DNA from: Epiperipatus broadwayi
Taxonomy: Eukaryota > Animalia > Onychophora
Assembly: GCA_028023455.1 (NCBI GenBank)
Contig: JAQFVV010000003.1
Span: 16,244,001-16,308,000, forward strand
Length of the DNA: 64,000 nt
Direction: 5' to 3'
In this document: positions 51,609 through 64,000 of the stretch, in pieces
Layout: every line of letters starts with the position of its first letter
Numbering within the stretch: position 1 is the first letter of the stretch
The notes under the pieces: generated by a model
Told to the model about the DNA's origin: nothing
The model's input: only the letters and a program-made list of their open reading frames with translations
Databases searched by the model: none
Program-made: the position numbers and the translations under genes

Positions 51609-52003
51609 GTTATATATTGAGCTTGCAAATAAGCTATTAACAAGTTTTGCAGAATATCCCTAACCCCAGACTGGTTTCTGCTACTCGCATCTTCAGTGAG
51701 GTGCTAGGATATTCAAGCATTAGATTAAAAATACCAGGACAAGTCCAGCACTTTATCTAATGCATAACTAAGATTTTCTACTTAATAATTATACATTAGA
51801 TAAAAAGCTGGGTTTGTCCTGATATTTTTAATCTAATGCTTGACTATCCTAGGACCTCATTGAGGATATCAGTAGCAGAAACCCATCTGGGGTTGGGGAT
51901 ATTCTGCAAAGCTTGTTAAGAGCTTATTTGCAAGTTCTATATATAACATTTGTAAAACAAACTTATTAAATTAGGTCATGTGACATCTGACTTGATTTTT
52001 TTG
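51609..52003. mobile_element. Hammerhead-bearing fold-back element, family A copy 2
   Basis: Long imperfect inverted repeat 51609-51951 plus 3' tail; exact 13-bp TSD TAAGTCAGAAAAT (51596-51608, 52004-52016). Confidence 0.9.
51664..51701 (-). ncRNA. Minimal type I hammerhead ribozyme motif, canonical core
   Basis: CCTCA-CTGAAGA-TGC-gagta-GCA-GAA-ACCAGT-C-TGGGG; GUC cleavage triplet. Confidence 0.75.
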
Positions 52004-52754
52004 TAAGTCAGAAAATTCTATGAAAGCAAGTTACACTATTTAAAAAAAAAAGTCAGAAAATTGAAAAACATTTTCTGAAGGAGAGTTTATAAAAGATTGC
52101 ATCATAGCTGCTGAAGAATTAATTTGTTCAGAACATAAAAAGAAATTTGAGCATATAAATATGTCATTAAGAATAGTTACAAGGCAAATTGGAAAAATTA
52201 TCATTAGTGAAACAATCATTAATAATAATGATGTTACTTTATTTTTAATTCACAAAAAAATTATGGCCCTTGTTTAAAAAGGAAAAGTTGAAATTGGCAT
52301 CAAGTTGAAAAGTTGCTCATCCCTAATGATTAGGAATAAATTAATTAAATTTTTGATCAAATATAGAAAGCTAATATTTAAGTTGATAATTTTGATATTA
52401 CAAATATCCACATGGCTCTTGGCAGAAAAAAGATTCTCTATCCTTGACTTAGTATACACATTAATATATAACAAAGAAATGATGCTTACAATATACTATT
52501 CTAAGCCTAGTGCATAGTTAACTGATCATTGGGAATAAGAGAAAAAAGATAATGGATCATTAGCATTGTCAAAGTTACAGTCAGTTCACAAACTGCTTTA
52601 TAGTAGTACATAATCATATTGGCACTTGTCCTCCACCTGCCATAAAATTGGACCCTTTGTGTCATTCCATTTGAAATATCTATGTTCATTTGTTTGCTAC
52701 AGTACAATACACTTCTCTGTTAATTGTTTATTTTATTATACAGTTGGTAATCCT

Positions 52755-53560
52755 AAAAGACAAATGGGCCATCTATGCCCTATGATTGCTGTGTAAGAAC
52801 TCTGTTAATTTGGTTTTCAGGTTTCCTTGGTCATTTGTTGGTCTAATTGTTAGACTCTGTTGATAAGCTTTCTAGGTTGTGTTTTGATTTGGTTATTGAA
52901 TTTTGTTAAACAGTTTTCTGGGTTGTCTGTCTGATCTCAGTTGGCTTTTGTGCAACTGTTGCTCCGGTTCTTTTACAATAAATATATCACAACCTATAGT
53001 TGGCAGACATTTAAATTTTCAATGGAATATTTTGTACAGGATCTTACCATCTGATTTCCACTGGTTTTTATTTGAACAAGTATTCTTTCTTTATTTCTAT
53101 GGAGTGATGAGTGTTTCAGTTTTCACTTCTCTCCATATCAAGTTTCTTTCCTTTTAAACTATTCATTCTGTCTGGCATTGGGTCTAATTGAGGTGATAAT
53201 ATGTGTTATATACTATTTGATTTGTAAAAATATGAACTGAACATAATTGACTGCTTTTTTATTATCAGACAAATTCATCTAAAATATTCTATATATAAAT
53301 CTTCTCAAGGCTTCTGTAACAGTAGAATTGAGTTGAGAGAACAGTTGCTGTTTCTAGCATTTTGAATAACCATCAATTATTATTTAGGTAAAGATTTTTT
53401 TGCCATGGACTTGCACAGTCTGTATAAATTCTTGACCAGAGCTTTTTAGCTACTGGCCAAGCTATAGCTGAATTTTTTGCACATTTGCTGTGCTAATTGG
53501 CATGGACATTTTCAGACTTTATCCATTTCTGTGATTTCACAAGCATTTTTATATCATTTC
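52755..53560 (-). mobile_element. Degenerate Penelope-like RT/GIY-YIG remnant
   Basis: Minus-strand GCDIFI.K.TGATVAQ (with a frameshift) aligns with GCDSVYYGETRATVSN of the 45-kb PLE; faint MPIS and M..IF RT remnants. Confidence 0.5.
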
Positions 53561-53662
53561 AGAATGTCCACTGTGAAACTCTTAGACCTCTTTGGAGGAG
53601 ATAACATCACCTAACCACAAAAAGTACAATTTTTAATGGAAGAAATTTGACTTTGTTTCACT

Positions 53663-53799
53663 CAAGCTAGAAACTAGTCTGGGGATATTAGATGAGTAGG
53701 CACTAGATAGGGACTTTATGCACACACCTTCTGGCATCCATTGATTACTTTGGCTTGCACTAAGTGGCACTACTGTAGGGAGAGTTTTGCCTGTTTTAA
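53663..53799 (+). mobile_element. Family B copy, 5'-truncated inside the hammerhead
   Basis: CAAGCTA-GAA-ACTAGT-C-TGGGG followed by the family B body ending GCCTGTTTTAA. Confidence 0.8.
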
Positions 53800-55112
53800 C
53801 CTGAATCTAAATTTCATCTGTAAAATTAAAGATTCTGAAATGGATGGTCAGACATCTCATTTTTGTCCTTGTTCTGTGAAGTGGCCTTTGTTTTTTATCT
53901 TTCTTTTTTTCCAAAAATTTATTTAAATCCAAAAAAAAAATATTTTAAAAATTCACCATGCAGCTTTTTAGTTATGTGCTTTTTAATCCAGGCTGGGTGA
54001 GTTTTGAAAAAATTTCAGGGCTCAATATATGAATAAGATTTGTTTTTTACAGCACATGGCTCATTGTCAATATAACTGTTTGATAAATGAGTGTTTAGCT
54101 AATTTTGATGGAAGATTCCAGATGTGTGTCAATTCATTAACTAATAAAATTTCTAATGTGTTATAGCTGTCCCCATTGAATAGGGAAGTATTATATTCCT
54201 ATGGTCTATGATCATGACTTACAATTACTTTTATGATTATTACTAAAGAAAATGTGGTATGAAAAGCAAATAAAGGGATAATAAAGAATACATTATTTAG
54301 TTTTGTTAGCAAAATATACATTCTTAATACAATGCATAGATGTCTCATTGGAAAGAACGTTTTCTTTAATAAATCTACTTTGAACATATGGGAAGGAATC
54401 ATCTGATGAAATTGTATATAGAACATTAATATCAATACAATTAAGGAGATTTTGTAAAAGAGAACAGCCATTGTATAGAAATATAACAAAGATATTAATG
54501 GAGTCTGCTCTGGATCATCTGCTTAATAAAATTTATTTAATTACATAATGTTAATGTGCCATTAAAATTGCAAATAATCTGTTCTAATTTGAATAAAGTT
54601 GTCATAGTTTAGTTTGCATGAAATAAATATAAAATTATTGTTTTAATTAATAGGACAATTAAATATTGCCATTTATTAAAAGTCTTATATATTTGTTGTA
54701 ATTGACCTTATGATGTAATGATTAAAATATTTGCTTCTACATGCTCAATCAGAAGTTTGAATCTACCTGAAACAGAATTTTTTTTTCCTGTAATTGGCTT
54801 ACAACAAATCCACATAGTTATCAATGTTTTATCAATGTATTATGCTATTCTTTAGTTAGAGGCTTATTCTGAGTTGGTCAGAAGTGACAATGTACAACTA
54901 TAAAGCTAAAATATGATTGTCCTTACTGATGAGGCTTGAATCCATGGTTTACCTTTTTACTTGGTTTTTAAATTATTATTTTTATTAATAACCAGGTTTT
55001 TTAAACTAAAAAACATTAGTTTTACATTCTTATATTTATACACATGATGATTTTACAGCAGGTTTGTTATGCTGAATTTAAATCTCTAAAATGTTTCCAC
55101 ATTAAATAAATA

Positions 55113-55177
55113 CCTCCTGGCGAAAAAATAATACTTCTGTATGCCATGCCTAGATCTCAGTTCGAATTCAGGTCGAG
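55113..55177 (+). mobile_element. tRNA-derived SINE head (family S2)
   Basis: B-box-like CAGTTCGAATTCAGG; related to 22345-22410. Confidence 0.55.
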
Positions 55178-55329
55178 TAAGCTTGAAATATTTTTTATTA
55201 GGCTTACAATTTTTATTTTTTTAGTTTCCAATCCATATCAACTCCGCTAACTATCTAGGGTTGATTAGCAAATGGGATTTAGATATTTTAAGTTAAAGTA
55301 TTAAACAAGGTTGGAAATCATCTCACACT

Positions 55330-55510
55330 ATTCAGCAATTGGAAAATGTAAATGAGAATTTCTTTCTCCTTCACTATCTCTGTGAAAAGTGATGGAAAAA
55401 TCTTTGTCCTGCAGTGAATTATTCAAAGTCTGATTTATCTATCACCAGGCATATTAAATTGTCTGCAGGCAGACCTACCTAAGTGATAGAATCATACTTG
55501 ATCATCATCA
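55330..55510 (-). mobile_element. Degenerate RTE-like LINE fragment
   Basis: ITIDDDQV..YHLG-like region after the RT domain. Confidence 0.4.
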
Positions 55511-57589
55511 ATGGTAATTTGCCTGTCATTTTTTTACATCATTTATTTTAGAATTTCAATATTTAGAACTGTGTCACAAATTTCATGCTAAGCTGTATGC
55601 ATGAACTGTAATAATCTAGAAACTATCCTTCATTTATTTATTGATTATTTAATTATTATATAAAGTTTCGATTTCTAGACTAAATTGTGCTGCTATGGTT
55701 AATACATATAAAAGTTCATATTGTAGGTCAACAAAACAAATAGTTTTTTTAAACGGTGCCAGAATAATTTCTAAATAAAATGCCGTATTATTTGTTGATC
55801 ATTTAATATCCATATTTACGCATATTTATCTATCTATTTGCCAGTCTATATTGTGTTAGAAATGAATTTATCTTAAAGTATTTTTCATTTTATTTCCGGC
55901 AGCAGTAATTTCTTTTAGTAACTAAAGGAGGAGTAAAATAATTGTGAAACTATTAAAAACTTATTCAGGAAGAATGGCTTCCAATTATATCGATGTATGA
56001 TTTCTTTTTTCTTTCATATTCCATTAGCAAATGACAGTTATGTGGTTGGTGAGAAATATTTAACACGCAATCAGAATTAATTGAAAGACTACTTTGTTTT
56101 CATCCCATTAAAACATAGTTCGTATTAATTATTGTTTTAAAAGCATTTTCATTTCTTTATCTCTCTAATCTCCCTCTCTCTATATATATACATATTAAGA
56201 TCTGAACTTGTATTTAATTCAATAGCAGAGACGACTATAATCAATAATGAGATGAAAAGACTCCATCACCATTAATAATAAATGTGACATTGAGGAATCT
56301 GGAGCAATCGATATGACATATATATGTGTGTTTAAAGAAAAGCTTTCACAAGTGGAATACAAATTTTTTATATGTGTGTGATTCCTTATTTTTATTATTA
56401 TAACATTAACGTTTTGATGAAATCTCATCCGCCATCATCTCAGTGATTTGATACCTGTTATGTGGAACTGGTAAACTGTAATTTAGTTTCAATTACTACT
56501 GTCTTTACTAAACACCCAAATTATTCAGATGATAACTAATGGATCATTGATAGTATAACAATTACAACAAGCAACACACATAAAAGAATCTAAAAATTAT
56601 ATATATTATTTACATTTTTTAATTTTTCGGGAAACAAGTGTTTGGCTCACAATAGTTTTGTCAAAAAGTTGGTTATTATGATTCAATAACAAAAACACTT
56701 AATCATCATCACTGGTTGTGGTCAGTTACTTTTCATCAGTTTGTAAAATTATTTTGGTATTTACAGTTCGGATTGATTATAAATTTATGATCCCAATAAT
56801 CTGAGATATCTATGTTGTTATTAGTTTTCATTAGGTTTACTACAAAGTGAAAGCCATTTATAAAGGACATAAAGCACTGATTCTTCTTTGTTTACAATCA
56901 CTGAAAAAAAAAATCAGCATGCCTTAAATAGCTGTATTCATTTTTTCGCAATCAATTTCTGACTAAATGTCAAAATATCAGTAATAGAAGATAATTGCAC
57001 TGCTGTTTGTAATATTATTAGGATTTGTCAAATTAGTGTTATCTTTTGCTATTCATGTGATTTTTTTTCTGTGACTAATCATAACATTTTTATCATAATA
57101 TACAGAAGTAGTTTATGGTTTCTTTCTTCCACAATTTTTCTTTTGTTCTGAGTTATATCTTGCTGTTGAAAATATATATAATAAAATATTTTAAAAAATA
57201 AAGCAAATAAAAGAAAGTGCACTGATTTCATAACATGATATGGTTTTTTTCTTCTCATGATGGAATATACTAAGCTCATGATTTAGTTTTTAGTAAGATA
57301 AAAAACTTTTAGTTATTAATAGCTATTTATTGTAGAAATTAAAAAAAGAGGGAGAGAATTAAGAGATAATGAAAGAAGATAAATAATAGTAATCAAATGA
57401 TTCATAGCTCTGAAGTTTATAAGCAGTTTGAGCAGCATCGGAGTGATAGAGGTAAAATGATTATCCAAGAGACTTAAGCCCCAAAATTCACCACTCTATT
57501 ACTGTATTAAAACATGTAGGTCATTTATAAATTTCAAAAAAAAAAAAATTCATTTAAGAGTTAATTTGCTTAAAAATGTCAATAAAAAA

Positions 57590-58230
57590 TTAATAACTGA
57601 ATTAAACAGAGACATGATAATTGTAGAAGATTTATATAAAAAAAAAAATTAATCAAAATACTTCTGAAAAAATATCCTACATAAAAGAATTATCATCGCT
57701 AAAAAGTGAAGCAATAACAACTGATGACATTATATTCCGAATTTTGAAGAAAATTAAAGAACAATTAAAAATGCTGTTTTAATTATATCATAGAATCTGC
57801 AAAAATAATCAACAGTTTATAAATTAGTAAAAATAATTTTATATTCTAACTAAGGGAGTTTTTACAAGTTGTACAAATTAGCAGACCATATCTTTTGCAC
57901 CACATGCATATAAGATTATGTTGAAAATCATTAAGCACAAATTAGATCTATATAGGAAAGAAAACCAAAAGATGCACAATATGGATTTAGAAAAAGTTGA
58001 TCATTGAAAATGCTAGAGAATACTACAAAGATCATGTATTTGGTTTATTGATTACAGTAAGGCCTTTGAATTAGTTAAGCATACTAAATTGTAAAATATT
58101 CTTGGTAAAATGAATGTAACAGAGTAAATTCATTATATTTATGACAAATTGTGATTGGAACTAGAAACTAAAATTAGAATGGACTACAGTTTCTTATTGG
58201 TAAAGGAATACAGTAGGTTACCAAATTTAT
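57590..58230 (+). mobile_element. Degenerate RTE/BovB-like RT fragment
   Basis: SCTN.RTISLAPHAYKIMLKII-like and FIDYSKAFELVKH motifs. Confidence 0.7.
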
Positions 58231-59346
58231 TTTCCAGAATTATGAAGATAATATGCTATGACTTTATTTTACATAGAGAATAGAATTTTTATTTCCAGCT
58301 ATGTTTAACAGATTAATATCTAATTGACATGTGTGTTACCAGTCTGAAGACCCAATAAAAATGACTAAACTTTGCAATATTATGATAAAGCAATAACACT
58401 TTAGCATAATCAATGGTAGGGGATCATTGTTTAATATCCCTTTTATTATTTCAATATTAGAAGTAGATCTTCAGAGATAGTTATTAAGTTAAAATAAAAT
58501 AGACTATGCAGAGCCAATAATTTCTGATTCTTTTTATGGAGACAATTAGAAAGAAGATAATCATTTACCAGAATAGTTATGTATCTGGCAGTAATGGTTT
58601 TCTTTATTATATCTGGTACAAGTTAATTAAAGTATAATTAGGTATCATTTTGTGACCAATAATTTGACAGTAAGATGGCTAGTTGAAAATGAAACCTTTG
58701 ATCTATCTAAAAAAGTTTCATTTCACTTATATTTGAACCCATACTATAATATTAAATATATTAATTTTCAGATTCACTATTTTTGATACATATCTTCTAT
58801 CTTTCTACTTGAAAAATAAAATGAAAATATTAAATTAGTTTAGAAAAAGTTATCTTTCCTAACATTTGCAGTTTTTTAGATTTTTCAATTAATTATGAAG
58901 TTTGTTTCCATTTTAGTGCACTGATTATAGTGACGGAATGTTTAATATTTGCTCATAAATTCAAGTTTTATTGATTTTAATATAGCTTTATTAATAACTA
59001 GAAGGAATGACTTTTATTTTCAAAAATTCATTAAAGTTTGTTTATTTTTTTTCGTCACGTTTAACTTATAAAAAAATGCTTAAAGTCTGTTGACGCAAGG
59101 GAAAAGTAATTTTCATTTTTCTACGAAAGTTAGTATTAATCATTAAAAAATATATATTGCTAACAAATACAACTAGTTTTGTGATAATAGTCTCATTTTT
59201 TTTCTATACATTTTTTAAAAACTTTTTTACTTCACTATTTATTCCTTTTGGTTCCAGTGGCCCCGAAATACATTTTTAGAAGCCTGAGCTAGTTTTCGCA
59301 ATATGTTGCATAACACAATAACCCTTTTTTTTACTCATGTGTCATA

Positions 59347-59426
59347 ACATCAGCCGGGAAGCGAACCTGCTATCCCGGGACAACTGCTTGTAAAGCTGCT
59401 GTCGCTGATCTCTCGACCACCAATGC
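59347..59426 (-). mobile_element. tRNA-Gly-derived SINE head
   Basis: GCATTGGTGG...CAAGCAGTTGTCCCGG-insertion-GGTTCGCTTCCCGG; shares the T-loop change and the downstream tail with 43511-43582. Confidence 0.7.
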
Positions 59427-59969
59427 TTGACACATTTTAGCATCAATACATGCATAAAATAAACCATTAAATTAAATTATTACTATATGTATGATTAAAA
59501 TGAATAATTATTAACTATTTCTTAAATTGATATACAGCACATACTAAAATTTACACCTCTTTGTTTATCTTGGTATTTATAAATTTTATGCCAATCATTA
59601 ATGAAATTGAAATTGACCAAATAGTTAGTTGTTTTGGAGATCAGGTGACATTTGAGCTTGGAAGTGATAATTGAGCTTCTATTTAAGAATCTTTACATCT
59701 CAACTGCATCGCTCTATCTCTGATAAATTATCAAATGATTTATCATTCAAAATGTCATGTAATATCCAAGCACTGGATTTGGCAGAGTTGAGAGTTTTAT
59801 TCAAGGATGTTTGGCTCTTGAGTTCAATATTCTACCACTATGTTACACTGTCCTTATTCTACATAATAGATTTCCTGTTAAGTTCAGTACTTATTTCTGG
59901 ATTAGAGTTTTATATTCATTACTTTATGAAAATTTCTTTAAAAAAAAATGTTGATTAATAATTACTTAT

Positions 59970-62900
59970 AGTAAATATTGTGTCAAAAACAAGAGGGAAA
60001 TGGATGCTAGAAGATGAGAACATATATTAAGATAAGTTTAAAGTGTAATCTTTATGTATTTGAGCAAAGAAAAATATATTTTTATTATAATAATATTGTG
60101 ATAAAATTTAACATATCACTATGACATCATAGAATATGATATATTCCAAAGAAATTCAAAAGTTAAAAGCTTTCTTTTAGTAGCACCAAAGACACCTGAA
60201 GCAATAAATTGAAGCCAGCTATATTTGACTAGTTTAAATGCAAGTGAATGAATACTTTTTTACAGCAGGTCACTTTATTCGCACTGATTGTCAGAAACAC
60301 CCAAAAATTATATGACCAGAAAAAAATTAATAGTTTAAAAAATATATGATTGATTAAAAACACAATAGTAAATGAATTGATGATATAGCAAATAACTTAA
60401 GAAGTGAAGTAAAGGTTATAGCAAATATTTTATGACATCTTCATCATCAACCATTATCAATCCACTGCAGGATGGTCTTTCCAAGTTCAAATCATCTTCA
60501 ATCTTTAGTTTATCTTCTCCACATCACCTCTGCACACTTTCTTATTTCATCCATCCATCTCGCATGTGGTCTCTTTCTGGGTCTTTTAAAATCTCCTGGA
60601 ATCTAGTTCAAGATTTCAATTGTTCATCTATTATCATCTCTTCTAGCAATATGTCTAGCCCAACTCCACTTCAGTCTTTTAATTTTTTTAATGAGGTCAA
60701 TAACACCTGTTTGTTCTCTTACCCATATATTGCATTTTCAATTTCTTCTTGTTACTCCTAATATGCATCTCTCCATAGTTCTTTGAGTGGTCTGAAGTCT
60801 CTGAATTGCTCTTCTATTTAAATGTCAAAGTCTCAGATCCATAAGTAAGAACTGGTAAAACACATTTATTAAAAACCTTTCTTTTCAAACACATAGGCAT
60901 ATTTCCTTTTAGTATCAAGTTATTTCTACCAAAAGCATCCAACCAAGTTTAATTCTATGATTAATTTCATCCACTATGTTTCCATCTGTATTAATAATCT
61001 GACCAAGGTATTTATAGCTGTTTACTTCTTCTAACTCATCATAATCAATCTTTATTTTCATGTTTTGAGAAAATCCATTGAACCTTACTTTTGTCTTTTT
61101 AACATTTATCTCTAGACCTACTTTCATATGATAACTCCTGCAACATTTCCTGCAGCTCTAAAGCATTATTTGCAAAAACAACTACATCATCTGCAAAATC
61201 TAAATGACTTAAATAATCTCCATTTACTTCCACTCCTTTAGATTCCCATTTTAATCCACAAAATACTTCTTGCAGCACTCAAAAAGTTTTGGAGATATGG
61301 AGTCACCCTGTCTTATACCCTTTTCAATGTTGACTTTCCTAGTATCATTATGTAATTTAATTGTTGTTGTTGCATTTTTATAAATATTTTTTTAAATATA
61401 ACAATATCCTGGATCTATACCTTGATGATCCAATGATTTAATCACAGAAGAAATATTTATAGAATCAAATGCCTTTTCGTAATCTACAAATCCAAAGCTT
61501 AAGGGCAATTCATATTCATTTGTCCTTTTTCTAACTTCTCTCAATACCTGGATATGATCTATTGTATTAAAACCACTTTTAAATCCAACTTGTTCTCTTG
61601 TTTGGTGGAAATCCAATGTTCTCTGTAGACGAGTTGTAATTATTTTGGTAAAAATTTTGTATAAAACTGATAAAAGGCTGATAGATCTGTAATTTCTAAT
61701 ATCTTCTTTATCACCTTTTTTAAATATTAATATTAATACTGCATTCTTCCAATCATGTGGCACATCTTTATCATTTAGCCATTTGATATATAACTTTGCT
61801 AAAAAAAAAAATCTATTTCTTCACCTGCTTCTTTTAATATATCAATTATAATTTCATCATTACCTGGAGCTTTTCCTTTCTTCATAAATTTAATTGCATG
61901 TCTCACTTCTTCATTTAAAATTCTGGGTAATTCAGAAGATATAATAGATATAGGAGGTACTTGTTTTTTATTACTATATAATTCTTGATAGAAGTCTTCT
62001 ACCCATTTCATGATATCATCTCACTTTTTAGTAATAGTTCCGGTTTTTTTCTTTATTGCAGATATAAATTTCCTACCAATACCAAAATGTTGTTTTATAT
62101 TTTTGAGACTTTTATTCTCTTCTACAGCTTTTCTTGCTAGTTCACAGTTATACTTTTATCATTTCCAACATTTTTCTGCACCATTTTACAGAATTTGAGG
62201 TATTAAATCCTTTTTAATGCATCATTTTTGTATATTTTCATATTCCTTCTTTTCTTCATAAATTCTCTAGTCTCAGTAGAAATTTTATTGGTCAATTGCT
62301 GATTTTTTCTACCAGATATCTTTGTTGCAGTTTTAAAAGTGTATCAGTTATTTTCTTATTAATTTCATTCAAATCTGAATCATGTTCAAAATTTACTAAT
62401 ACTTGAAACCGATTTGTAAGTTCTAATTTAAATTCATTAGATTGTTTCTGAAGATTAGGAATATCAAGTGTAAATATTTTAGTCCTTAATAATTTTTGTG
62501 TCTCTAGTTTTATTAACATATGTCAAAGAAATTGCTCAATTTGCCATATTTATTTGTGTCTACATTTCAGATTTAAAAGTTTCCAAGAATTCTTGTAGCT
62601 GATGCCTTTGTAAGGAACCATAATAGGAGAGAATATTTTTAAAAAAGTGGAAAATGTTTTAAGTAAATATGAATTTCAATGGAGCTTACTGGAATGAAGA
62701 ATGATATGTGACAAAACAATACTAAGATTTTTTTTTTTTTAAAAGTAGTATGTCATTATTTCATGGATGTTTTAGAATTTATCAATTAACTTATTTTCTG
62801 ATTTGATGAATAAGTACAAACATTTGGCTTATTTCACTAAAGTTTGCTGACTGTCTTGCCATCAGACATTAAAAAGTTTTTATGACATGAAAAATGCAAT

Positions 62901-62970
62901 ATCATAGAATCACTTATCATACATCAATGATTTTAAATGTCAGTAAAATTTGGCCTTTGTGGTTGACCAT
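59970..62970 (+). pseudogene. hAT transposase remnant (GTF2IRD2/SPIN-like) split by RTE copy 3
   Basis: Left part LFTAGHFI..PEK..KNTIV.IDDIANNLRSEVK; right part VKEIAQFAIFI, MPL.GT..GENIFKKVE, YFTKVC.LSCHQTLK, LAFVVD. Confidence 0.75.
60433..62519 (-). mobile_element. 5'-truncated RTE-clade LINE (copy 3)
   Basis: RT ORF 61392-61763 (NYRSISLLSVLYKIFTKI, FVDYEKAFDSI), KGKAPGNDEI, (GAT)n-like tail. Confidence 0.95.
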
Positions 62971-64000
62971 TTCCATGTGTTTGAAGAAATTAGGAATCCA
63001 ACATCAAGATAGAAACAAGCTTATTAATCAAAACATGACATTATAAAAACTTTTCAGTTAAAACTTTGTTTCTAAAAAAATCGTGAAAAATAATATATTT
63101 TATTTTGAAACATGCAAATTATCAAGTTTGCATGTATTACATTTCGATTTTAACTCATACTTAACATTGTTTCTTTATTATTATTATAAAACAAATTTGA
63201 GCTCTGTTTTTTAGAATTTCATGTTGCTTAAATTGCAAGTTTAATTCATTTTTTAAATAGTGAAATATCTGATGACTTTTTAAATGAGGTTGTCAAAATA
63301 CAGTATAGTTTTGTTTTCAGCAAAAAATTTTAAGACTTAACTTTTATTTACTATCTGAATGCTTCAATAATAATAATAATAATAATTTGCGTGTAAAATT
63401 AACAACCTTTTTCTCTTACTATGGTTATTATACCGTTTATCGGTAATTTAAGGTTTACACGTTATTAATTTTTAATGTATATCCGTTAACCTAGTTATGT
63501 TCGCATCTGATAATTCATTTATTTGAATATGCCAAATATTCTAGATAATGTAACTATTTTTCCTGGTCAAACAATCTGTTTATTCTAACTAAGTTTTAAT
63601 TTTGGTCAGGGAAGAACCAGCTTTTTATTTATTTTATAGGCACCAGGATTCATAAGTGAATCCACTGCTATCCCCCCCTCCTATTTCTAATATTCACGAC
63701 TGTATTTTGGTTTATTGTCCTCTGGAGGATTGTAATTTAAGGTAATGTATTGGCATCTATAATTGACAAAATTACCCAGACTTCAATAGTAATACTATAA
63801 CGATTAAATTAAATTTATGACAGAATAAATTATTTCTATGTTTTATCTCTCCCCCCCCCCCCATTACATTAATTCTACCACCCCTTCATTAATAATAATA
63901 ACATAAAAGAATTTTAAAAAAATCACTCTTCAAATATAATATACATAAATTAATACCTTGAAATAACGAATATTTGAGTTCATAATATCAAAACTAATTT

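Larger units (their letters stand above)
51316..52200 (+). pseudogene. hAT transposase N-terminal remnant (GTF2IRD2/SPIN-like), split by a family A insertion
   Basis: KIDTENEAFQKKW..FF, LICLI, then SENSMKASY and KTFSEGEFIKDCIIAAEELICSEHKKKF; the frame resumes across the insertion. Confidence 0.8.

Noticed and set aside
54921-54943. CCTTA-CTGATGA-GGCTTGAATCC
   Set aside because: Only the 5' half of a hammerhead; no GAAA or cleavage triplet follows
5278-59958. Most short (60-110 aa) ORFs in the track
   Set aside because: They are low-complexity F/I/L/K-rich frames expected in AT-rich DNA, or antisense frames of TE remnants; no host-gene motif or supported exon structure

Overview
This is a very AT-rich eukaryotic window, probably from an invertebrate animal (inference from TE content and CpG decay). 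I could not support any host protein-coding exon, and nearly all recognisable sequence is transposon-derived. Autonomous-type remnants: three large RTE-clade LINE copies on the minus strand plus fragments, an old APE-RT LINE, hAT (Charlie/Buster- and GTF2IRD2/SPIN-like) transposase remnants, two solo LTRs with 5-bp TSDs, and three Penelope-like elements (PLEs), one of them nearly intact at 44401-47515. Short repeats: hAT and other MITEs and tRNA-derived SINEs. The most notable signal is a set of minimal type I hammerhead ribozyme (HHR) motifs with palindromic stem III. The near-intact PLE carries, in both pseudo-LTRs, an HHR with a non-canonical A3-U8 covariant core plus an extra nucleotide. 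Several short (200-400 bp) non-coding elements look like MITE hairpins but carry HHR motifs; three of them have 13-14 bp target-site duplications and some have an HHR in both polarities. Together these suggest a PLE-mobilised, retrozyme-like fold-back system. All folds and alignments were made by eye, and no ribozyme activity is demonstrated.
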